Below, piece by piece: positions 1 through 9,412 of a DNA stretch of 64,000 nt. Each line of letters opens with the position of its first letter. Position 1 is the first letter of the stretch. The DNA lies in the NCBI GenBank assembly GCA_965223155.1, contig CBDCVR010000013.1, positions 608,001 to 672,000 on the forward strand, read 5' to 3'. The notes under the pieces were generated by a model. That model did not search any database. It was given only the letters and a program-made list of their open reading frames with translations, and was not told the origin of the DNA. A program made the position numbers and the translations under genes. Source of the DNA: Candidatus Multivoradales bacterium. Its GTDB lineage: Bacteria; Acidobacteriota; Thermoanaerobaculia; Multivoradales; JAHEKO01.

Positions 1-223
1 GACCGGTGCCGCTTTCGGCGTATTCGGTGAGCCATCCCGTGTCCAGGCCGGCCAGGAGCTTGCCGTGCACGTGACTGCGGCCCACCGACCGTTGGATGGA
101 GTCGCCCACCAGTACCGCCGCCGGCAGGGCGATCGCCACGTTGAGAAGCCAAACCAGCCCCACCAGGCCCGGGGCCCGCAGCATGCGGCGTAGGCCCTCG
201 GCAATCGCGGATCGGCCGCTCAT
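1..223 (-). CDS. Hypothetical membrane protein, N-terminal part (runs off the window edge)
   Basis: Hand translation from ATG at 223: MSGRSAIAEGLRRMLRAPGLVGLVWLLNVAIALPAAVLVG..., a hydrophobic segment, open to the edge; directly downstream of the M1 peptidase. Confidence 0.65.
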   Translation of the reverse strand, partial: MSGRSAIAEGLRRMLRAPGLVGLVWLLNVAIALPAAVLVGDSIQRSVGRSHVHGKLLAGLDTGWLTEYAESGTG

Positions 224-251
224 CGAGTCCTCGCTCGATTCGGTCCGGCCA

Positions 252-2396
252 TCAAACGAAATACGCCACGGCGTGCAGCACGTCCTGAAGCCAGGCTTGC
301 CAGCGCCCGGCCCACTTGACCGCCGGCCAGCGGCTCTGCTCCCGGCGGTAGCGGGTGTTGTTGGTGTAGTTGACGTCCAGCAGCAGGATCCGATCGGGGT
401 CTACGGTCGCCGAGCGCACCCGGGAAGGCCCCTCCTCGACGAACTCCTGCCAACGATACTTGCCATCCCAGCGGCGCTCGACCGCAGTGCCGTCCTCGAA
501 GTCGATCCGCACCCGCACCGGGAAGCGCCCGTCGCCCAGCCGCCGCACGACCACGCTCGAACGGTAGCGCCGGTCTTCGGCGGCCTCCGCGCCGTCGGTC
601 GAAGCCAGCTCCAGGGCCGCCCCGGAACCGAAGTAGCCCGACGGCTCGATCGGCCAGCTCTCGACCGAATCGACGGCGTAGTCGAAGCTCCGAGCCGAGC
701 GCACCACCTCGTCGAAAAACCAGTCCAGGTCCTCGCCCGCGACCTCGCTGGCGGTGGCGAAGAAGTCCTCGCCCCGGGGATGCCGGAAGCGCCAGCGCGC
801 GTAGAAGGCGGACAACACCTCCCGCAGCCTGGGCCAGCCCAGGTAACGCTCCAGCGTATGGAGCCAGATCGCGGTGCGGCTGTAGCTGATTCCGGAGGCG
901 GTAGCCGGATGGTAGCGCCAGGTAGGCCGGCTCTGCACGTCGGTCACCGCCGCCCGCCGGTAGCGCGCCCAGCCGTTGCCGTAGAGCTCCCGTGAGAGCT
1001 CCACCTCCCGGAAGACAACCGGGAAAAAGCCCCGGCGCTCGGGCACGCCTGGCGGTGAGAAATACCGCCGGCTTGGATGGATCGGGCCGTAGGCCTCGTC
1101 GTAGACCCGGGCGTCCGAGAACGAGTTGAGGCCCTCGTCGAGCCACGCCGCGTCGAACTCGTTGTTGGCCACGACCCCGTACCAAAACTGATGGCCGGCC
1201 TCATGGATGGTCACGCCCTCGGGGCGCCCGCCGCCGAATGGGTTCCAGAGCCGAGTGCCCGCGGTAAAGAGCGTCGGATACTCCATCCCGCCGGCGCCGC
1301 TGCCGTAGGCCGGGTCGATCACCGTCACGAAGTCGTACGGATACGGGCCGTACCAGCCGCCGTACAGGCGCAGGGCGGCGCGGGTGGCGTCGAAGTGCCG
1401 GGCCGCCTGGCGAAGATGCTCGGGCTGCATCAGCAGCCGGATCTCGACCGGCGGCAGCCCGGGCTCCTCGAAACGATCCCGAAACTCCACGTAGTCCGGG
1501 CTCGTCGTCCAGGCGAACCCGTGCACGTCCTCGGCCCGGTACCGGTGGATCTCGGTCCCCGGCTCGGGCCCCGCCCGGCGCTCGACCTCGCGGCCGGTCG
1601 CGCCCACCAACCAGCCCTCGGGAACGGTGAGGGACACGTCGTAGACGCCGAAGTCCGAGTAGAACTCGGTGGCCGAATGGAACTGCCGGCCGCTCCAGCC
1701 GCCGGCCTCGAAGACGGCCAGCTTCGGGAACCAGTGGGCCAGAAGAAAGAAGTTCCCGCGAAATCCCGTGCGGGCGAACGTCCTCGGGATCTTGGCTCGG
1801 AACTGGAGCTCGACCTCGATCGAGTCGCCGGGCGCGACCGGTGCCGGCAACTCCACGCCCGCCAGCGTCCTGTCCGCCGGATTGCCATCGTCCGGAGCCA
1901 CGAACCGGAGGCCAGGCATGAGATCGACCGACGACTCGGATTCTCCCAGAGCCGAATCGTCGCTCCCTCCTCCGCCGCCGGAACCGGCGTCCGCTCCTTC
2001 GGCGCCCCTGGCGACAGCCACCAGGGTCATCGATTCGATCTCGAGATAGGCCCAGTCCTCGTCGGCGACGGTCCCATCGTGCTCGCTCCTGCCGCGGTGC
2101 CGATCCTCTCGAAGCCAGGTGCTCTCGCTGTTGCGCCATCCGTTCCAGTAGAGGTGGAAGCGCAGCTCCGAGGTCGGTTGCTCCTGGATGTTGCGCCAGC
2201 GCACCCGCTGCCGCCCGCGCAGGATCTTCTCGGCCGCGTCCAGACGGACGTCGATCGTGTAGTTGGCGTTCCTGGGCGAGAGTGCCTCGCTGGACGCCGC
2301 CACCGGAGCGCCGCCGAGCCCCGCTAGGACGCAGGCGGCGGCCACCGTCCAGAGCGCCCAAGCTGCCGCCTGGCTACGCGGGATCAGGGCTGACAA
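252..2396 (-). CDS. M1 family zinc metallopeptidase, exported
   Basis: GGMEYP exopeptidase motif; HEAGH-x18-E zinc motif (TIHEAGHQFWYGVVANNEFDAAWLDEG); N-terminal signal-like segment; start codon uncertain. Confidence 0.9.
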   Translation of the reverse strand: MSALIPRSQAAAWALWTVAAACVLAGLGGAPVAASSEALSPRNANYTIDVRLDAAEKILRGRQRVRWRNIQEQPTSELRFHLYWNGWRNSESTWLREDRHRGRSEHDGTVADEDWAYLEIESMTLVAVARGAEGADAGSGGGGGSDDSALGESESSVDLMPGLRFVAPDDGNPADRTLAGVELPAPVAPGDSIEVELQFRAKIPRTFARTGFRGNFFLLAHWFPKLAVFEAGGWSGRQFHSATEFYSDFGVYDVSLTVPEGWLVGATGREVERRAGPEPGTEIHRYRAEDVHGFAWTTSPDYVEFRDRFEEPGLPPVEIRLLMQPEHLRQAARHFDATRAALRLYGGWYGPYPYDFVTVIDPAYGSGAGGMEYPTLFTAGTRLWNPFGGGRPEGVTIHEAGHQFWYGVVANNEFDAAWLDEGLNSFSDARVYDEAYGPIHPSRRYFSPPGVPERRGFFPVVFREVELSRELYGNGWARYRRAAVTDVQSRPTWRYHPATASGISYSRTAIWLHTLERYLGWPRLREVLSAFYARWRFRHPRGEDFFATASEVAGEDLDWFFDEVVRSARSFDYAVDSVESWPIEPSGYFGSGAALELASTDGAEAAEDRRYRSSVVVRRLGDGRFPVRVRIDFEDGTAVERRWDGKYRWQEFVEEGPSRVRSATVDPDRILLLDVNYTNNTRYRREQSRWPAVKWAGRWQAWLQDVLHAVAYFV

Positions 2397-2609
2397 GCGG
2401 CAACGTCCATGGCGGTCTCGGGCAGGCTCAGAACGCGACCGGCGCGCTCCGATCCCAGGCTTCCTGGCGGAGCCGTAAGTTTATCCGACCCCTGCCTGCT
2501 TCCTGGCCGCCTTCCGGTCACCTCTGGCCGACGGTTGCCCGACCCTGGCCGACTCCCTCGCCGGTCGCCCGTTCCACGCCGGCCGCATGGGCGCCGGCAG
2601 CCCGAGTGC

Positions 2610-2618
2610 TGGTACGGT
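2610..2618 (+). promoter_or_regulatory. Putative extended -10 (TGGTACGGT), 6 nt before the aldo/keto reductase ATG
   Basis: TGn+TAnnnT, spacer CGCTCC, no Shine-Dalgarno. Confidence 0.5.
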
Positions 2619-2624
2619 CGCTCC

Positions 2625-3617
2625 ATGGACTACCGCAACCTGGGACCGACCGGCCTCAAGGTCTCGCCTCTCTGCCTGGGCACGATGATGTTGGGTGCCT
2701 GGGGGAACCCGGACCACGACGCTTGCGTGCGCATGATCCATCAGGCTTTGGATGCCGGCATCAACTTCATCGACACCGCCAACATGTATTCGGAGGGCGA
2801 GACCGAGACCCTCGTCGGCAAGGCCCTGAACGGGCGCAGACACGAGGCGGTGTTGGCCACCAAGGTGTACTTCCCCATGGGACCCGGTCCCAACCAGCGC
2901 GGCCTGTCGCGCAAGGCCATTCAGGAACAGGTCGAGGCCAGTCTCCGGCGGCTGGACACCGACGTCATCGACCTCTACCAGATCCACCGGCCCGACCCGA
3001 CCGTGCCGTGGGAAGAAACCCTGTCGACGCTCAACGACCTGGTCCGCCAGGGCAAGGTGCGCTACCTGGGCTGCTCCACCAACCACTACCCGGTCGGAGA
3101 CATTCCGTTACTGAGTGCCTGGGAGATCGTCGATACGTTCCGGATCTGCGAGCGCAACGGCTGGGAGCCCTTCGTCAGTCTGCAACCCCCGTACTCGATG
3201 CTACGCCGGACGATGGAGCGCGAGCACTTCCCCATGAGCCGGCGGCTTGGGCTGGCCAACATCGTCTGGAGTCCGCTCGAAGGCGGCTGGCTGACCGGCA
3301 AGTACCAACCCGGCCACGAGCCGCCCGAGGACAGTCCCCGGTTCGAGCGCTGGATCAAGGACCTCGACGATCCGAAGTTCGGTCCGCGGCGAGCCGCGAT
3401 CCAGAAGCTCGGCGAGCTGGCCGAGGCCAAGGGGCTGGCGCTGGCCGACTACGCCCTGGCCTGGAACCTGGGTGAGCCGGCGGTCACCTCGGTGATCATC
3501 GGTCCGCGCACCCCGGAACAACTCGAGGCCAGCCTGGCCGCCACCGACCAGCGGCTCGAAGCCGACGAACGGCTCCAGGTGGACGCCATCGTGCCCCCTG
3601 GCGAGTCGGTCCTCTAG
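2625..3617 (+). CDS. Aldo/keto reductase
   Basis: MDYRNLGPTGLKVSPLCLGTM, DTANMY, LATK, SLRRLDTDVIDLYQIH, WSPLEGGWLTGKY; start set to ATG 2625. Confidence 0.93.
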   Translation: MDYRNLGPTGLKVSPLCLGTMMLGAWGNPDHDACVRMIHQALDAGINFIDTANMYSEGETETLVGKALNGRRHEAVLATKVYFPMGPGPNQRGLSRKAIQEQVEASLRRLDTDVIDLYQIHRPDPTVPWEETLSTLNDLVRQGKVRYLGCSTNHYPVGDIPLLSAWEIVDTFRICERNGWEPFVSLQPPYSMLRRTMEREHFPMSRRLGLANIVWSPLEGGWLTGKYQPGHEPPEDSPRFERWIKDLDDPKFGPRRAAIQKLGELAEAKGLALADYALAWNLGEPAVTSVIIGPRTPEQLEASLAATDQRLEADERLQVDAIVPPGESVL

Positions 3618-3727
3618 CAACCGACCACAACATCTAGCACTCACCCTCACCGGCAGCCACGAGGTCTTGTGGTTGCGAGGACCTGTTTGGTACGCTCCGA
3701 ACGGCGGTTTCGGCCGCCAATTTTCGT

Positions 3728-6700
3728 ATGTTCAAGCTAAGTCGGCTCGAGCTTTCGGGCTTCAAATCCTTCGTGGATCCCGCCGTCCTCGACTTCTCGG
3801 GCGGGATCAACGCCATCGTCGGCCCCAACGGTTGCGGCAAGAGCAACGTCTGCGACGCGGTCTGCTGGGTGCTGGGCGAGCGCAGCGCCAAGAATCTGCG
3901 CGGCGAGACCATGGAGGACGTCATCTTCAGCGGTTCGGCTTCGCGCAAGCGGCTGGGGTTGGCGGACGTCCAACTCAGCCTGACCACCGAGAGCTCGTAC
4001 GAGCACGCCGAAGACGGCCGCATCACCATCGGCCGGCGGGTGCACCGGGACGGCGAAAGCCAGTACCTCTTGAACGGCAAGACCGTGCGCCTCAAGGACA
4101 TCCGGGATCTGCTCATGGACACCGGCCTGGGGATCCGGGCCTATTCGGTGATCGAGCAAGGCAAGATCGGAATGATCCTGTCGGGCAAGCCGGTCGAGCG
4201 CCGGCGTCTGCTCGAAGAAGCGGCCGGTATCACCCGCTACAAGGAGCGGCGGCGCATCGCCGAGATCAAGCTCGAGGACGCCCGCGACAATCTCTTCAGA
4301 TTGGACGACATTCTGGCCGAGGTCGAGCGCAGCCTGCGCTCGCTCAAGCGCCAGGCGGGCGCGGCACGGAGGTTCCACGAGCGGCGCGAGGCCTACCGTG
4401 AGCTTTGGCAGGAAGTCCTTCTGGGCCGCTGGAGCCGGCTCTCCGGCAGCCTGGCGGAGCTCGAGACCGGGCTGCGGTCGGCGACCGACCGCGAGGCCGA
4501 GAGCACCGCTTCGGTCCAGAAGCTCGAGGCCGAGCTCCTCGCCGGCCGCGAGGAGTTGGATCGATTGACCAAGGAGCTGGCCGAGCAACACCGCCTGGAA
4601 GCCGAGCAGGCCGCGCGCATCGAGGGCCGGCAGGAGTTTCTGGTCGGGTCCAGATCGCGCCAGACCGAGATCGACGAACGGGTCAAAGCCGGCGACCGAG
4701 CGGCGCTCGCGCGGGCGGGCAAGATCGAGACCCTGGAAGGCGCCCGCGCCTCCCTCGAGACCAAGTTGGCCGAGCTGGGAGGCGAGCACGACACCGCCGC
4801 CAGCGAGGTTTCCGAGGACGAGGTCAAGCTGGACGAGGTCATGCGCGCGGCCGGCGAGGCCGAGAGCCGGCTCGAGGCCCTCCGGGGACGCCTGCTCCAG
4901 TCGATCGGGGACGTCAACGGCCTCCGCAACCAGCTCCACCGAGAACAGGTCGAGCTCGAGAAGGGCGAGCTGCGCGAGCGCCATCTGGCCGAAGAGCTCG
5001 CCGCCAAGATCCAAGCCGTCACCGAGACGACGGCCGAGTTGGAAACCGCCGAGGCCCGCCACCGCGAGCTGGCCGCCGCCGTCGCCGAAGCCGAGGACTC
5101 CCTGGCCGAGCTCGGCGCCGACGTCGAGCGCCGCCGAGCCGCCCTCGCCGAGCTGGAGTCCCGGCGAAGCGAAGCGCTCGACGAGCTGCGCGCTCTCGAG
5201 ACCGATCGGGACGTGCTGGAAGAGCTGGAGAGGGTCCAGGCCGCCCGCCGGCGCGGTCTCACCGAGGTCTTCGAGCGGGCCGACCTGGGCCATCCCAGCT
5301 TCCTGGCCGATCGCCTCGCCGTCCCCGAAGGCTGGGAGCGGTCGCTGGACCTCTACTTGGGCGCCCTGGCCGACGCCATCGTAGTCGGCGACACCGCCAC
5401 CGCGGCCGTCGCGGTCAACGCTCTGGCTGATAGCGACATGACCGCCGGCCTCATCTCCACCGACGGCGAACGCCCGCGGCCGGTCGAGATCGACGACGCC
5501 AGCGTCGGGGCCAGCCTGGCCGAGGCTCTGGAAGTCGAGCCCGCGCTCGCCGCCTTCCTGCCCCCGGCTTTCCTGGTCGAGTCACCCGACGACGCCAGGC
5601 GTCTTGCCGCCGCCCATCCCGGAGTCTCGTTCATTACCCGCGATCGCTTCTGGGCCGAGGCCGGGGTCCTCCACATCCAGGGCCGCAACGCCCGCCCGGG
5701 CACCCTCACCCGAGAGCACGACCTCAACGAGATCCGCGACCGCATCCAGGAGCTGACCTTCCGCCGGGACGATCTGGACGCCGACATTGCCCAGCAGCGG
5801 GGCCGCTTGACCGAGGCCGAGGCAACGCACGGCAGCCAAGCCGACAAGCTGGCCGAGACCCGGCGCGAGCTGGCCGTGGCCGAGGCCCGCCGCGACGATC
5901 TCTCGGGGCTCGGCCAGCGCTTGACGGTCGAGCACGACACCCTCGGCACCGAGAGCACCGAGATTGGCACCGAGCTGGGCCTCCTCCGGGACCGGTCTCG
6001 CCGCCTGGAACGAGATCTGGAGCGGGCCCAGGAGCTGCACAGCACCCTGGAGGGAGACTTCGACCGGGCGCAACAGGACTACGATCGCTCCCGAACGGAG
6101 CGCGAATCGACCAAGACTTCGGGCGCCAGCCGCCGCGGCCGGCTCGAGCTCATCAGTCACCGCGTCGAATCCGTGCGGAGCGATCTGGACCGCATCGGCC
6201 GGGACCTGGAGGAAGCGCGGCACGCCGACCGCACCTGGACCGACGACAAGACCCGGCTCGAAACGCGCAAGTCCGATCTGGCAACCGCGATGACCACCGC
6301 CGAAGAGGAGCTCAAGGAGGCCTTGGAGCGGCGGGAGCAGGCCCAAGACGCGGCCATCCGGCAGCAGGAGACGATCGACGCGCACCGTTCCTCCCTGGAC
6401 GAGTTCGCCGGCCGGCTGGAAGCCGGCCGCACCCACCGGGACGAATTGCGCGAAGAGATCGCGGCCCTACGGGTGCGCGAAGCGGCGGCCAACCAGGAAG
6501 CTACCCATCTGCGCGAGCAGTACCGCGAGGACTTCGAGGACGAGCTCCCCGCGGCCGCGCCGGAAGCGCCCGAGGACCTGGAGCGGCTCGAGATGGACGC
6601 GACCCGCGTCAAGGAGAAGCTGGACCGTACCGGTCCGGTCAACCTGCTGGCGGCCGACGAGTACGCCGAGCAGGAGGAGCGCCACGGGTTCCTATCGACC

Positions 6701-7252
6701 CAGCGTGCCGACGTGGCCGGGTCGATCGAGCGCCTGAAGGAGACGATCCGCGGGATCAACGCGACCTCCAGCCAGCGCTTCCTGGACACCTTTCTCCAGG
6801 TCAACGACTTCTTCGGCAAGGCCTTTCAGGACCTCTTCCGCGGCGGCCAGGCCGAGATGCGCTTGATGGACGAAGACGAGCCGCTGGAATGCGGCATCGA
6901 GATCGTCGCCCGCCCGCCGGGCAAGCGGCTCCAGAACATCATGCTCATGTCCGGGGGGGAGAAGGCCCTGACCGCGATCGCTTTGCTCTTCGCTCTGTTT
7001 CGAGCCAAGCCCTCGCCGTTCTGCATCCTGGACGAGGTCGACGCGCCGCTCGATGACCTCAACACCCTGCGCTTCGTCGACATGCTCAGGCGCATGTCCC
7101 AGGAGACCCAGTTCATCGTCATCACCCACAATAAGCTGACCATGGAAGCCGCCACCCGTCTCTACGGTGTGACCATGCAAGAGCGCGGCGTCTCCCGCAT
7201 GGTCTCGGTCGAGCTGGACGACATCCATCCCGACTCGGCCCTCGGCGCCTAG
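3728..7252 (+). CDS. smc: Chromosome segregation protein SMC
   Basis: GFKSF, Walker A GPNGCGKSN, long coiled coils, MSGGEKAL signature, LDEVDAPLD Walker B/D-loop; 1174 aa. Confidence 0.97.
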   Translation: MFKLSRLELSGFKSFVDPAVLDFSGGINAIVGPNGCGKSNVCDAVCWVLGERSAKNLRGETMEDVIFSGSASRKRLGLADVQLSLTTESSYEHAEDGRITIGRRVHRDGESQYLLNGKTVRLKDIRDLLMDTGLGIRAYSVIEQGKIGMILSGKPVERRRLLEEAAGITRYKERRRIAEIKLEDARDNLFRLDDILAEVERSLRSLKRQAGAARRFHERREAYRELWQEVLLGRWSRLSGSLAELETGLRSATDREAESTASVQKLEAELLAGREELDRLTKELAEQHRLEAEQAARIEGRQEFLVGSRSRQTEIDERVKAGDRAALARAGKIETLEGARASLETKLAELGGEHDTAASEVSEDEVKLDEVMRAAGEAESRLEALRGRLLQSIGDVNGLRNQLHREQVELEKGELRERHLAEELAAKIQAVTETTAELETAEARHRELAAAVAEAEDSLAELGADVERRRAALAELESRRSEALDELRALETDRDVLEELERVQAARRRGLTEVFERADLGHPSFLADRLAVPEGWERSLDLYLGALADAIVVGDTATAAVAVNALADSDMTAGLISTDGERPRPVEIDDASVGASLAEALEVEPALAAFLPPAFLVESPDDARRLAAAHPGVSFITRDRFWAEAGVLHIQGRNARPGTLTREHDLNEIRDRIQELTFRRDDLDADIAQQRGRLTEAEATHGSQADKLAETRRELAVAEARRDDLSGLGQRLTVEHDTLGTESTEIGTELGLLRDRSRRLERDLERAQELHSTLEGDFDRAQQDYDRSRTERESTKTSGASRRGRLELISHRVESVRSDLDRIGRDLEEARHADRTWTDDKTRLETRKSDLATAMTTAEEELKEALERREQAQDAAIRQQETIDAHRSSLDEFAGRLEAGRTHRDELREEIAALRVREAAANQEATHLREQYREDFEDELPAAAPEAPEDLERLEMDATRVKEKLDRTGPVNLLAADEYAEQEERHGFLSTQRADVAGSIERLKETIRGINATSSQRFLDTFLQVNDFFGKAFQDLFRGGQAEMRLMDEDEPLECGIEIVARPPGKRLQNIMLMSGGEKALTAIALLFALFRAKPSPFCILDEVDAPLDDLNTLRFVDMLRRMSQETQFIVITHNKLTMEAATRLYGVTMQERGVSRMVSVELDDIHPDSALGA

Positions 7253-7263
7253 ACCGGCAGCGC

Positions 7264-7293
7264 TTGACTCGGCCCGCGGGCGGGTCCGATAAT
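7264..7293 (+). promoter_or_regulatory. Putative sigma70 promoter (-35 TTGACT, -10 GATAAT)
   Basis: TTGACT 7264-7269, 18-nt spacer, GATAAT 7288-7293, upstream of the S1-domain gene. Confidence 0.55.
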
Positions 7294-7350
7294 CGCCCTC
7301 CCGGCTCTACACGCTCCGCTTTCCGGCCCCGAATCCGCGAATCCGCTCCC

Positions 7351-8328
7351 ATGGCAGAACCAACCGATCCGTCCCCAGCCGACGACTCCGTCCTGCCGGA
7401 CGGGCAGACGGCCCCGGGCGCGGAGGCCGAGGCGCAGGCTAGCACCGACCCGCTGGCGGCCGCCTTGAGCGATCAGCAGCCGGTCCAGGGACGAGTCATT
7501 GGCTGGAACCACGGCGGCTTTCACGTTGTGGTCGACGGCCGCACGGGCTTCTGCCCGCGCTCGGAGATGGACGTTGGCAAGGAGCAAGCCCCGGAGAGCC
7601 TCGTCGATCAGGAGTTCGACTTCCGCATTCTCAGGATCGAGGACGGCGGCAAGCGGGTGGTCCTGTCCCGGCGCGCCCAGGTGCGTGCCGAGGAGCGCGG
7701 CGCGGTCGAGCAGCTCGCCAGCCGCATGGAGGCCGGCGCCGACGTCACCGGTCACGTGGCCTCGATCACCGACTTCGGCGCGTTCATCGAGCTCGGCGGC
7801 GTCCAAGGTTTGCTTCACGTCTCCGAGATCAGCCGCAGCCGGGTTCAGCATCCATCGGACGTCCTGGAAGAAGGCCAGGAGGTCAAGGTCCGGATTCTCA
7901 AGATCGAGAAGGGCGGCCGGCGCATCTCGCTTTCCATGAAAGCGCTGGAGCCCGATCCCTGGGAGGGGATCGAGGATCGCTTCCCCCAGGGAACCGTGGT
8001 TCAGGGCAAGGTCGAAAAGGCCGCCGATTTCGGAGCCCTGATCGAGATGGCGCCGGGACTGACCGGTCTCCTGCCGGTGTCGGTCATGGGCCTGCCGTCC
8101 AACACCTCCCCGCCCAGAATCTACATGCCGGGCAAGGAGGTAACCGTGCAGGTCATTTCCGTAGACCGGAGACGCAGGAGAATTTCGCTCGGTCTGGAGG
8201 GCTCCGGCACCGAGGCCACCAATGCCGACGTCAAGTCCTACCGCGAACGCCAATCCACTGAAGACTCGTCCTTCAACGCCCTGGCTGCGGCCTTCGCCAA
8301 GGCCGGCGGTGACGGCGCCGCCGAATAG
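7351..8328 (+). CDS. S1 RNA-binding domain protein (short, three-S1-domain RpsA-like)
   Basis: Three S1 repeats (GFCPRSEM, DFGAFIELGGVQGLLHVSEI, DFGALIEMAPGLTGLLPVS); start set to ATG 7351. Confidence 0.88.
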   Translation: MAEPTDPSPADDSVLPDGQTAPGAEAEAQASTDPLAAALSDQQPVQGRVIGWNHGGFHVVVDGRTGFCPRSEMDVGKEQAPESLVDQEFDFRILRIEDGGKRVVLSRRAQVRAEERGAVEQLASRMEAGADVTGHVASITDFGAFIELGGVQGLLHVSEISRSRVQHPSDVLEEGQEVKVRILKIEKGGRRISLSMKALEPDPWEGIEDRFPQGTVVQGKVEKAADFGALIEMAPGLTGLLPVSVMGLPSNTSPPRIYMPGKEVTVQVISVDRRRRRISLGLEGSGTEATNADVKSYRERQSTEDSSFNALAAAFAKAGGDGAAE

Positions 8329-8509
8329 CCCTCGCGGTTCAGGATCGGCGCCGGGCCGGCACCGTTTTCCGGCTAGCGGCCGCGGCTGCTGGAGACCGAA
8401 TCCGTCGGGGCTTCGGCAGCGGTCCTCTTCCTCAAGCTAGACTAGGCGACACCACTGAACCGGTGCTGGTCCGGCCACCCATCGCGGTAGCCGGCAGAAA
8501 GGAGTTCCC

Positions 8510-9256
8510 ATGTCCGACACGTCTCCACCGTCCGCTAAGCAGGGAATCAGTACGCTCGGCTGGATCGCGATCGGCTGCGTCGGAGTTCTCATCCTGGCCG
8601 GGATCTTGACTTTCGCCTGTACCGCGATCGTGGCCAAGAAGAGCAAGGACTTCCTCGACGAGGTGGCCGACAATCCCACGATGGCCGGCGCCGAGGCCCT
8701 GATCCGAATGAATCCCGAGCTGGAATTCGTAGACAAGGACGAAGCGGCGCAGACCATCACCTTCCGCAACCGCGAGACCGGCGAGACGGTGGAGCTGGAC
8801 GTCGAAGACATCCTGGAGGGCAAGTTCGAGATGCGGCTGGACTCCGGCGAGACCGTGAGCGTGGATCTGGCGACCGAATCCGAGGGCGGTGCCACCGTGA
8901 CCGTGGGCGACGAAGGAAAGCTCCGGATTGGCGGTGGCGACTCGTCGGACCTGCCCGATTGGGTGCCGGCGTACCCAGGGGTCGACGTACAGGTGCCGAT
9001 GACCATGAGCGGCGACGATGGCGTCACCGGGACCGCCACCTTCGAGACTGGCGACACCGTGGACGAGGTCGCCAAGTTCTACGAGGACCGGCTGATCGAT
9101 GCCGGTTTCGCCATCGATCGCAGTTCCTACGAAGGGGGAGGCAACCGCACCGTGATGCTGACCGGCGAGACCGACGACGGCCGCGGCATCATTCTCTCGA
9201 TCTCGGGCGACGGCAGCGCGACCCGCGCCTCGATGAACTTCTCGGAAGAGCCCTAG
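8510..9256 (+). CDS. Hypothetical membrane-anchored protein
   Basis: SD AAAGGAG before the ATG; one N-terminal TM helix (WIAIGCVGVLILAGILTF); acidic soluble domain with DLPDWVPAYPG. Confidence 0.75.
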   Translation: MSDTSPPSAKQGISTLGWIAIGCVGVLILAGILTFACTAIVAKKSKDFLDEVADNPTMAGAEALIRMNPELEFVDKDEAAQTITFRNRETGETVELDVEDILEGKFEMRLDSGETVSVDLATESEGGATVTVGDEGKLRIGGGDSSDLPDWVPAYPGVDVQVPMTMSGDDGVTGTATFETGDTVDEVAKFYEDRLIDAGFAIDRSSYEGGGNRTVMLTGETDDGRGIILSISGDGSATRASMNFSEEP

Positions 9257-9285
9257 CCCGACATCTGGCCGAGATTCCAGGCATC

Positions 9286-9315
9286 GCGAAGCTGCGGGCA
9301 GCCCCGCCGCTTCGC
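9286..9315. terminator. GC-rich hairpin between convergent genes (possible terminator)
   Basis: GCGAAGC-T-GCGGG-CAGC-CCCGC-C-GCTTCGC inverted repeat; no U tract. Confidence 0.4.
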
Positions 9316-9412
9316 TCGGTCGGGTTCGAGATCCCGCGGCGCCCTAGGCTCCACCTCTAGGTGCCCGCCACCGCTCTCGCCTCGTTGCCGGTAGGACGCT
9401 GACGCCGTCGGC

